Below, piece by piece: positions 9,352 to 16,556 of a stretch of DNA of 35,160 nt. Made by a program: the position numbers and the translations under genes. Origin of the DNA: Gemmatimonadota bacterium (lineage in GTDB: Bacteria; Gemmatimonadota; Gemmatimonadetes; Gemmatimonadales; GWC2-71-9). The stretch covers positions 1 to 35,160 of the forward strand of contig QHTZ01000096.1 of assembly GCA_003221005.1 (NCBI GenBank), written 5' to 3'. The notes beneath the pieces were generated by a model that saw only the letters and a program-made list of their open reading frames with translations, did no database searches and was not told the DNA's origin. Positions within the stretch are counted from its first letter, which is position 1; every line of letters starts with the position of its first letter.

Positions 9352-9420
9352 TTGAGACATCTCATAAATGATACGATTGAACCCACCGCGTCAACCATAT
9401 GCTATACCCTTGCGGTGGGA
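9352..9420. promoter_or_regulatory. AT-rich divergent promoter/operator region between DUF1259 and the chrB unit
   Basis: Plus strand TG-A-TACGAT (9369-9377) and TTGAAC-N15-TATGCT; minus strand TTGACG-N15-TATCAT (9394-9368); inverted repeats TGAGA-CA-TCTCA (9353-9364) and CCCACCGC/GCGGTGGG (9382-9389, 9412-9419). Confidence 0.5.
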
Positions 9421-9450
9421 AATGCGCTCTCACTACCAAGGAGCACGAGA

Positions 9451-9627
9451 GTGGCCGGGATGACGTGTTCTTGCGACGTCGCGTCAGCTCTACACTCGCC
9501 TCGCGCGAAGGCCCGGCGCGCCAAGTCGCGGACGAGGCTCCCGATCGTGGCGGTATCAGCGGCGCCCCCGCCGCAGGACCGCGCGGGCCAGCCCGTCCTC
9601 CGGATCATGTCGGGGACGCCTCCATGA
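9451..9627 (+). CDS. Candidate 58-aa leader ORF coupled to chrB
   Basis: AAGGAG 7 nt before GTG 9451; MAGMTCSCDV...; its TGA overlaps the chrB ATG (ATGA, 9624-9627). Confidence 0.35.
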   Translation: MAGMTCSCDVASALHSPRAKARRAKSRTRLPIVAVSAAPPPQDRAGQPVLRIMSGTPP

Positions 9628-10694
9628 CCCACTCGACCCCTACGGACAGCTCGGTGCCTCGACCCGGCGCGCCACGGTGGGTCCTCCTGATCCATCAGAT
9701 ACCGCCCAAGCCCGACTACTTCCGGGTCAAAGTCTGGCGCCGTCTGCGACGGCTCGGAGCGGTCGCGATCAAGGATTCAGTCTACGTTCTCCCGCGAACG
9801 GACGAAACGATGGAAGACTTCCAATGGCAGATGCGGGAGATCGTCGCCGAAGGCGGCCAGGCGTCGGTGTGCGAGGCGTCGTTCGTGGACGGCCTCAGCG
9901 ACAGCGAAATCGAGGGGCTCTTCCGCGCGGCCCGGGAAACGGACTACCGCGAGATCACGGCATCAGCGCGGCGGCTGCTCACAGCCTTGCCTTCGGGTGG
10001 GCGGGCGGCCAAGCGGGACGGGCAAATCGAGAGCGACCTGGGACGTCTGAAACGACGACTCGCGGAGGTCGTCACCATTGATTTCTTCGGGGCGCCGAGC
10101 CGGCCCGCCGCCCAGGAGTCGATCGCCCGCATCGAAGCGGGCAAGCGGACCCGCGACAAACGCGCGGCCAGCGCGCCCGCGGAGGCCGCCGTCCAGCGTC
10201 CCCGCGGGGCCGTGTGGGTCACGAGAGAAAGTGTGTATGTCGATCGGATCGCCAGCGCCTGGCTCATCCGGCGCTTCATCGATCCGGCGCCGCGCTTCAA
10301 GTTCGTTACTCCCAAGGGCTATCGCCCGCAACCTGGGGAGTTGCGCTTCGACATGTTCGAGGCGGAGTACACCCACGAGGGCGAGTCGTGCACGTTCGAA
10401 ACGCTGACCAAGCGGTTTGACCTGACCGACCCGGCGCTGCGGGCCATTGGGGAGATGGTCCATGACATCGACTACAAGGAACCGAGGTTTGGCCGGCCCG
10501 AGACGGCCGGTGTGGAGCGATTGCTCAACGGCATCGCTCGACAACACGCGGAGGACACTGCTCGGCTCACATTGGGCGCAGCGCTCTTTGACGCCCTCTA
10601 TGAAGCTCTTGCCGAGGCGCCCAAAGCGGCTGCCGACAGGCCGATCCCCCGGCCCAGTTCGCCGAAGAAGCCGCGTCGTAAGAACCGGCGGTAA
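9624..10694 (+). CDS. chrB: Chromate resistance regulator ChrB (N-terminal and C-terminal domains)
   Basis: WVLLIHQIPPKPDYFRVKVWRRLRRLGAV...VYVLP (N-terminal domain) and WVTRE...DRIASAWLIRRFIDP...FD...H.GE.CTFE (C-terminal domain). Start placed at ATG 9624 rather than 9399. Confidence 0.9.
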   Translation: MTHSTPTDSSVPRPGAPRWVLLIHQIPPKPDYFRVKVWRRLRRLGAVAIKDSVYVLPRTDETMEDFQWQMREIVAEGGQASVCEASFVDGLSDSEIEGLFRAARETDYREITASARRLLTALPSGGRAAKRDGQIESDLGRLKRRLAEVVTIDFFGAPSRPAAQESIARIEAGKRTRDKRAASAPAEAAVQRPRGAVWVTRESVYVDRIASAWLIRRFIDPAPRFKFVTPKGYRPQPGELRFDMFEAEYTHEGESCTFETLTKRFDLTDPALRAIGEMVHDIDYKEPRFGRPETAGVERLLNGIARQHAEDTARLTLGAALFDALYEALAEAPKAAADRPIPRPSSPKKPRRKNRR

Positions 10695-10709
10695 GGGGAT
10701 CTGAGTCGA

Positions 10710-11813
10710 GTGGACGACCGCCAGGGGGCCGTACTCGCACAACAGCGCCAAGCGGAGCCTGCGAGCCTTCCCGCGCTGCTCCGTTATTTCCTCCGGCTCG
10801 GGACCTTCGGATTCGGCGGGCCGATCGCGCTCGCCGGGCGCATGCAGCAGGACCTCGTGGAGCAGCGGGGCTGGATCAGCGCCCAGCAATACAAGGAGGG
10901 CCTCGCCCTGGCTCAGCTCGCGCCGGGGCCCCTCGCGGCGCAGCTCGCGATGTACCTCGGCTGGGTGCAAGCCCGGAGGCTGGGCGCGACGTTAGTCGCG
11001 CTCGCGTTCGTGGGCCCGTCCTTTCTCATGGTGCTCATCCTGTCCGCGCTCTACGTCCGCTTCGGCGGGCTGCCCTGGATGCAAGGGCTGTTCTACGGGA
11101 TCGGCGCCGCGGTGATCGCCATCATCGCCCGCAGCGTCCTGAAGCTCGTGCGGATGACGCTCGGCCGCGATCGGTTGCTCTGGGTGCTCTTCACCGCGAG
11201 CGCGCTGGTGACGGCCTGGACCGAGTCCGCCGTTCCTGGGCTCGCCACGGCGCTCGGAGGCCCAACGTCACTGGGCGTGCTCTGGAAGATCCTGGTGTAC
11301 TTTGCCGGCGCCGGACTGTTCGTCTTCGGGAGCGGGCTCGCGATCGTGCCGTTCCTGTACGGTGGTGTGGTGCAGCGGTTCCACTGGCTCACGGAGCGGC
11401 AGTTCATCGATGCGGTGGCGGTGTCGATGATAACCCCGGGGCCCGTGGTAATCACCGTGGCGTTCATTGGCTACCTCGTGGCGGGACTTGCTGGCGCTAC
11501 CCTCGCCGCGATTGGGGTTTTCCTGCCGGTGTATCTGGTGGTCGTCTTCGTCGCTCCCCACTTCCATCGGGTAGCAAAAAGCCGGCAGGTGAAGGCGTTC
11601 GTCGATGGCGTCACGGCAGCAGCCACGGGGGCGATCGCCGGTGCCGCCGTGATCCTCGGTCGGCGATCGCTTCACGACCTGCCGACGATCCTCATCGCGC
11701 TTGTGACCTTGGCGCTGCCGCTGGCGCCCTGGAAGATCCCGGAGCCGGTGCTCATCGTCGCGGCGGGACTCGTCGGGTTGGTGTTGAAGGGCGCCGCTCC
11801 GGCCGCAGGGTGA
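10710..11813 (+). CDS. chrA: Chromate efflux transporter, CHR family long chain (possible internal deletion)
   Basis: FLRLGTFGFGGP, AQLAPGP, FVFGSG, SMITPGP: two homologous CHR halves; directly follows chrB. Confidence 0.92.
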   Translation: MDDRQGAVLAQQRQAEPASLPALLRYFLRLGTFGFGGPIALAGRMQQDLVEQRGWISAQQYKEGLALAQLAPGPLAAQLAMYLGWVQARRLGATLVALAFVGPSFLMVLILSALYVRFGGLPWMQGLFYGIGAAVIAIIARSVLKLVRMTLGRDRLLWVLFTASALVTAWTESAVPGLATALGGPTSLGVLWKILVYFAGAGLFVFGSGLAIVPFLYGGVVQRFHWLTERQFIDAVAVSMITPGPVVITVAFIGYLVAGLAGATLAAIGVFLPVYLVVVFVAPHFHRVAKSRQVKAFVDGVTAAATGAIAGAAVILGRRSLHDLPTILIALVTLALPLAPWKIPEPVLIVAAGLVGLVLKGAAPAAG

Positions 11814-12262
11814 CTGGGGGTGACGCCGTGCAGTGGGTGACACGACGGCAGATCCGCGTGAATCGCGCGGCGACCGCCTGGCTCATCCGGCGCTTCATCG
11901 ATCCGGACGCCACCTTCACCTTCGTCGAACCGGGTGAAGTGGCCGAGGTCGAGCGCCGCACCGGCGCCGTCGGCTTCGATGCTCCGGGCGCCCGGTATCC
12001 GCACAAGGATGACCGAGGCCGCTGTTCGTTCGAAGCGTTGGTGCAGGAACACCGTCCCAACGACCCCGCGCTTCGTGAGCTGGCGCGCATCGTGCATAGC
12101 GCCGACTTCAAGGAGGGACTCGCCGAAACCCCGGAGGCGGCAGGCCTCATCGCCATCTCGCAGGGCTTCCCGCTGGTGGCGCGCGACGACCTCCACACCG
12201 TCGAGCGGGCGTCGTTTCTCTATGATGCGCTGTACGCGTTCCTCCAACGGCCACGGCCGTGA
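11810..12262 (+). CDS. Stand-alone ChrB C-terminal-domain protein (ChrF-like)
   Basis: WVTRRQIRVNRAATAWLIRRFIDP...FD.PGA.YPH...CSFE...DPALRELARIVHSAD...PEAAGL. GTGA overlap with chrA; GTG 11828 is an alternative start. Confidence 0.85.
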   Translation: MTGGDAVQWVTRRQIRVNRAATAWLIRRFIDPDATFTFVEPGEVAEVERRTGAVGFDAPGARYPHKDDRGRCSFEALVQEHRPNDPALRELARIVHSADFKEGLAETPEAAGLIAISQGFPLVARDDLHTVERASFLYDALYAFLQRPRP

Positions 12263-12300
12263 CCCCGTTTCGTCTCACACCCGTAGGGAGGGGATAGCTG

Positions 12301-13356
12301 GTGCTGACACTCACACTCATGGCGCTTACGCTCGCGGGCGCACCCAAGGCTCCGGCGCCCGCCTGCACACTGGGCGGCCCACCGGTCCAAGCGCGCTGGT
12401 CCGGCACCATCCCGGTGGCGTCCACGGCTGGCGTGCCCCTCCGCCTCGTCGCCGACGTGCCGCTGCCGGGGGGCACATCCCGCTTTGACTATCAGAGTCT
12501 CGAGACGGCCACCGGGCGGCTGTTCATCTCGCACATGGGCGCCGGGCAGCTCGTGGTCTTCGACGTACGCGCCGGTCGAGTCATCGCCAATCTGGACAGG
12601 TTTCCTACCGTTACCGGCGTCCTGGCCGTGCCAGCCGAACACCGGGCGTACGCCTCCGCGACTGGTGACCACGCCGTCGTGGTCGTGGACGATTCCACGC
12701 TCCAGATCGTGGCGCGGGTAGCGGGACCGCGGTTTCCGGACGGGATCGCGTATGCGCCCGAAGAGCGGCGTGTGTTCGTCTCGGACGAGTCGGGGCAGCA
12801 GGATTTCGTCCTTGATGCCGCGACGAATGCTGTCGTGGCGCGGATCGAGCTCGACGGGGAAGCGGGAAACACCCAGTACGACCCCGGCTCGCACTGCGTG
12901 ATCGTGGCGGTACAGACTACGAACCAGCTGGCCGTAATCGACCCGGCGACCGCCGCCATCGTTCGCCGCATCACGCTCGACAAAGCGGTCCGGTACCCGC
13001 ACGGCGTCTTCATCGACGCGCCGCACCGTCTGGCATTCATCGCCGGGCAGGAGAGCGCGACGCTCGGCGTGCTGGATCTCCGGACGCTCCAGCTGCGACA
13101 GGTGCTCCCAATCGGGAGCGATCCCGACGTCCTGGCGTTCGACCCAGCGCTCGGTCGGCTGTACGTGGCCGCCGAGTCCGGGGTCGTGGCTGTGCTCGAC
13201 GAGCGGGACGGCTCGCTCGCCCAGCTCGGCTGGTACCGGGCGCCGCGGGCGCACTCGGTCGCGGTCGATCCGGCCACGCACCGCGTCTACCTGCCGCTCG
13301 CGGACGTGAGCGGTCATCCTGTCCTACGGGTATTGGTCCCGAGCGATTCCCATTGA
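12301..13356 (+). CDS. Secreted YncE/YVTN-type beta-propeller protein
   Basis: Signal-like N-terminus; RFDY, repeated blades (FPDGIAY.P...RVFVS; YPHGVFID...RLAFIA; DPDVLAFDP..GRLYVA; AHSVAVDPATHRVY); GGGAGG RBS. Confidence 0.85.
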   Translation: MLTLTLMALTLAGAPKAPAPACTLGGPPVQARWSGTIPVASTAGVPLRLVADVPLPGGTSRFDYQSLETATGRLFISHMGAGQLVVFDVRAGRVIANLDRFPTVTGVLAVPAEHRAYASATGDHAVVVVDDSTLQIVARVAGPRFPDGIAYAPEERRVFVSDESGQQDFVLDAATNAVVARIELDGEAGNTQYDPGSHCVIVAVQTTNQLAVIDPATAAIVRRITLDKAVRYPHGVFIDAPHRLAFIAGQESATLGVLDLRTLQLRQVLPIGSDPDVLAFDPALGRLYVAAESGVVAVLDERDGSLAQLGWYRAPRAHSVAVDPATHRVYLPLADVSGHPVLRVLVPSDSH

Positions 13357-13375
13357 GCAGTGTCGGGAGGAGCAA

Positions 13376-14080
13376 ATGGAACGAACCCATCGATTCGCCG
13401 TCACCGCGTTGGGCGCCGTCACTCTGAGCACTGTGTTTGGTGTTCCTCGACTCCCGAGTGACGCTGAGCCCGCGGACCTGAATCGGCAGACGGCCCCGGC
13501 GGTCATTTGGCATTTCGATTCACTTCCCGCGGGGCAGCCGCCAGACGGCTTCGCGTTCGGCCGCACCGGTGGCGGCCGCGTCGGTTACTGGATTGTGCAA
13601 TCAGCTCCAGACGCGCCGAGTCCGCCGAACATCCTCGCCCAAGTCGACAGCGACCGGACCGACTACCGGTTCCCCGTCGCGGCAGCACTGTCGCCGACGT
13701 TCACCGACGGCAATGTCTCCGTGAGATGCAAGCCCGTATCGGGGCGCGTCGACCGCGCCTGCGGCCTCGTGTTCCGGTTCCAGGATGAGAACAACTACTA
13801 CCTCACGCGCGCGAATGCGCTTGAGGACAACGTCCGCTTCTATTACGTGAAGAACGGACGCCGGATCCAGCTCGCCAACTGGAGTGGGAAGGTCACATCG
13901 GGCGTCTGGCACGAGCTGCGTGCCGAGTTCCAAGGGGATCATGTGGAGGTGTACTGGGACGGCACCAAGCGGATCGACGCGCACGACCGCACGTTCAGTG
14001 GTGCCGGTCGCGTGGGGGTGTGGACCAAGGCCGATTCGTACAGCCTGTTCGACGACCTCACCGCGAGGCCGCAGCGGTAG
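13376..14080 (+). CDS. Secreted concanavalin-A-like DUF1080 (3-keto-disaccharide hydrolase-like) domain protein
   Basis: GGAGGAG RBS; signal-like N-terminus; GLVFRFQDENNYYLTRANALE...WHELRAEFQGDH...GRVGVWTKADS.SLFDDL. Confidence 0.75.
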   Translation: MERTHRFAVTALGAVTLSTVFGVPRLPSDAEPADLNRQTAPAVIWHFDSLPAGQPPDGFAFGRTGGGRVGYWIVQSAPDAPSPPNILAQVDSDRTDYRFPVAAALSPTFTDGNVSVRCKPVSGRVDRACGLVFRFQDENNYYLTRANALEDNVRFYYVKNGRRIQLANWSGKVTSGVWHELRAEFQGDHVEVYWDGTKRIDAHDRTFSGAGRVGVWTKADSYSLFDDLTARPQR

Positions 14081-14113
14081 ATCCACACGCCGCCGGGTCG
14101 CCCCGCGAGGGGG

Positions 14114-14144
14114 TTGCACAAGCCTAGGAGCCTGGCGACGTTGT
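14114..14144 (+). promoter_or_regulatory. Putative tRNA-Ser promoter
   Basis: TTGCAC-N17-GACGTT ending 9 nt before the tRNA; the motif recurs before tRNA-Gln. Confidence 0.55.
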
Positions 14145-14151
14145 GTTTCCA

Positions 14152-14242
14152 GGAGAGGTGGCCGAGTGGCTGAAGGCGGCGGTTTGCTAAACCGTTATAG
14201 GGCCTAATAGCCTTATCGGGGGTTCGAATCCCCCCCTCTCCG
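14152..14242 (+). tRNA. tRNA-Ser(GCT)
   Basis: Acceptor GGAGAGG/CCTCTCC, anticodon arm GCGGT-TTGCTAA-ACCGT, long variable arm, GGTTCGAATCC T arm, discriminator G; CCA not encoded. Confidence 0.97.
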
Positions 14243-14246
14243 TAAT

Positions 14247-14324
14247 CAACGACAAATGACCAATGCAGAATGTCCAATGATGAATTTCGAAATTGGATGT
14301 TGGACATTCGACATTGGACATTTG
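14247..14324. repeat. Heptamer tandem-repeat hairpin A (nAATGTC / GACATTn)
   Basis: caacgac aaatgac caatgca gaatgtc caatgat gaatttc | gaaattg gatgttg gacattc gacattg gacattt; dyad centre at 14288/14289. Confidence 0.9.
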
Positions 14325-14337
14325 CCTTCTCCCTTCC

Positions 14338-15627
14338 ATGCCTGACACCACCCGCGTTCGTTTCGCCCCCTCCCCGACGGGCTACCTCCACGTCGGGGGC
14401 GCGCGCACCGCGCTGTTCAACTGGCTCTACGCCCGTCACGTCGGCGGCACGTTCCTGCTCCGCATCGAAGACACCGACAAAGCCCGCTCGACAGACGAGC
14501 ACACCAAGGTGATCCTCGACGGCCTAACGTGGCTAGGACTCGACTGGGACGAGCCGCCGGTCTTCCAGGGCGCCCGGGTCACGCGCCACCAGGAGGTCGC
14601 CGACAAGCTGCTCGCCGAGGGCAAGGCCTACCTCGACGCAGGAACCATCCGCCTGCGCGTCCCGGCTGGGGAGATCGCCTGGGACGACGCGGTGCACGGC
14701 CGCATCAGCTTCCAGGGCGAAGACATCAAGGACTTCGTGATCCTGCGCTCCGATCGCTCGCCGCTCTACAACTTCGCAGTCGTCGTGGACGACATCGACA
14801 TGCGGATCACCCACGTCCTGCGCGGCGATGATCATATCTCCAACACGCCGAAGCAGATCGCCGTCTACCGCGCCGTCGGCGCCGCGCTTCCCGTGTTCGG
14901 CCATGTCCCGATGATCGCCGGCCCCGACGGCAAGAAGCTCTCCAAGCGCCACGGGGCTACGGCGGTCGGCGACTACCAGCACCTCGGCATCCTCCCCGCC
15001 GCGATGCGCAACTTCTTGGCGCTGCTCGGCTGGAGCCCGGGCGGCGACCGCGAGATCATGACGCTCGACGAGATGGTTCACCTGTTCTCGCTCGAGGGGA
15101 TCCAGAAGAAGAGCGCCATCTTCGACATGACGAAGCTCGAATGGATGAACGGGCAATATCTGTCTGCGAGCTCCGCGGACGAGCTCTACCCGCTCATCGC
15201 GCCGCCGCTCGAGAAGCTGGGAGTGAACGGCAAGCGCGACGCGGTCCTCAAGGCGATCACGGCGGTGAAGACGCGCTCGCGCACGACGCTCGACGTGGCA
15301 CGGCAGGTTGCGGCGCGGCTCGATCCCAAGCACGTCGCGCTCGACGAGAAGGCGCGGCGGGAGATCGCGCAGGACCCGGCGGGCTACAAGGCGTCCCTCG
15401 AAGCGAGCGTCGCCGCGCTGCGCGGCGCCGAATGGACGCCCGCCGCGCTGGAGCGGCAGCTACGCGAGCTCGCCGCCGAGCGCGGCGTCCCGCCCGGCAA
15501 GGTGTTCCAGCCGATTCGCATCGCGCTGACCGGCGGCACCGTCTCCGAGCCGGTCAACGAGCTGTTGTATGTAGTGGGGAAAGAAGCCGCTCTAGGGCGT
15601 TTGGAAGCAGCTGTTCGTGCGTCGTAG
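14338..15627 (+). CDS. gltX: Glutamate--tRNA ligase
   Basis: RVRFAPSPTGYLHVGG (HIGH), LRIEDTD, LRGDDHISNT, KKLSKR (KMSKS), C-terminal anticodon-binding helices with PIRIALTG. Start placed at ATG 14338. Confidence 0.96.
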   Translation: MPDTTRVRFAPSPTGYLHVGGARTALFNWLYARHVGGTFLLRIEDTDKARSTDEHTKVILDGLTWLGLDWDEPPVFQGARVTRHQEVADKLLAEGKAYLDAGTIRLRVPAGEIAWDDAVHGRISFQGEDIKDFVILRSDRSPLYNFAVVVDDIDMRITHVLRGDDHISNTPKQIAVYRAVGAALPVFGHVPMIAGPDGKKLSKRHGATAVGDYQHLGILPAAMRNFLALLGWSPGGDREIMTLDEMVHLFSLEGIQKKSAIFDMTKLEWMNGQYLSASSADELYPLIAPPLEKLGVNGKRDAVLKAITAVKTRSRTTLDVARQVAARLDPKHVALDEKARREIAQDPAGYKASLEASVAALRGAEWTPAALERQLRELAAERGVPPGKVFQPIRIALTGGTVSEPVNELLYVVGKEAALGRLEAAVRAS

Positions 15628-15642
15628 CGTCGTGGCGTCGTG
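15619..15642. repeat. Three copies of octamer GCGTCGTR across the gltX stop codon
   Basis: GCGTCGTA GCGTCGTG GCGTCGTG. Confidence 0.7.
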
Positions 15643-15648
15643 CAACGG

Positions 15649-16497
15649 CTACGGCACCGCGCGCACCGTATCCTTCGCCCCCGTCGAATCCCCCCGCGCC
15701 CGCCGCTCCGCATCGCGATCCGCCTGCTTGCGCTCGCGGATCTCGCGCACGTACTGCCGGAACTCTCGCAGCGTCTCGGTTCGCCGCGCCGCCTGGAGGA
15801 TGTCCTCGCGCATGTCTGAGATCTGCCGCGCCCGCAGCGACGCGTCGAAGTTCCCTTGAGGCAGCATGCTCCCGAGCAACGCGAGCACCGGCGCCGGGAT
15901 CTTGACCCCGGCCACGTAGATTCCCGACGAGTCGATCCCGAACTTCTTCCCCGTCACATCGGCGGTCCACGACGGCAGCCGGTGCTCCCGCTGCTCGAGG
16001 TCGATCATCTGGTTGAGCGTGTCAACCATCGCGCGCAGCCGGCCCACGACCACCGAGTCCCGCGGGGCGCTGTCCGGCGACCTGTTGTAGAGCACGTCTG
16101 CGACTTCGCTGGGGAGGGCGGGCCGCGGCGCAGGCCAGACACGAGAATCTGCGAGCCGCGGCCCGAGCACACCGGGCGCAGCAGCGCCCGGGCCCACCAC
16201 GAGCGTGGTGTCCAGCTTCCCGACCGGTGCCGGCGCGGGCTCAGCGGCGGGCGTCGCGGCGACGGGCACCGGGCGACCGAGCCCCCCACTCGGCCCCCGC
16301 CCGGGCTCCGTGCCGCCAAGCGGCGGCAGCGCGGGCAACCCGGCGAGCGGCGGAGGGGTCAGGTTGATGAACGTGATCCGCGGCACCACCCGCCACGACA
16401 CGGTGAAGATCAGCAGGAGAGCGGCGACGTGCAGCGCCGCGCTTGCGATCCAGCTGGCGCGGGTCTTGGGAAGCGGAGCCTTACGGAATTGGAACAA
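15649..16497 (-). CDS. Hypothetical membrane-anchored protein with TonB-like anchor and Pro-rich linker
   Basis: TTG start after GAGGTG; SAALHVAALLL TM (SxxxH, as in TonB/TolA anchors); Pro/Gly-rich spacer; charged helical C-terminus. Confidence 0.65.
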   Translation of the reverse strand: MFQFRKAPLPKTRASWIASAALHVAALLLIFTVSWRVVPRITFINLTPPPLAGLPALPPLGGTEPGRGPSGGLGRPVPVAATPAAEPAPAPVGKLDTTLVVGPGAAAPGVLGPRLADSRVWPAPRPALPSEVADVLYNRSPDSAPRDSVVVGRLRAMVDTLNQMIDLEQREHRLPSWTADVTGKKFGIDSSGIYVAGVKIPAPVLALLGSMLPQGNFDASLRARQISDMREDILQAARRTETLREFRQYVREIRERKQADRDAERRARGDSTGAKDTVRAVP

Positions 16498-16556
16498 CGG
16501 TCACCTCGGTGAACATCTGTCACTGATACGCGCAAGCACGCCCGGCCGCTAGTGCG

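Noticed and set aside
14101-14112. CCCC-GCGA-GGGG hairpin as terminator of the chr unit
   Set aside because: Only a 4-bp stem with no U-tract; too weak to call.
6400-14242. Accessory region as a tRNA-Ser-integrated element with att sites
   Set aside because: The region lies 5' of the tRNA, no duplicate of either tRNA 3' end was seen by eye, and no integrase or transposase is in the window.
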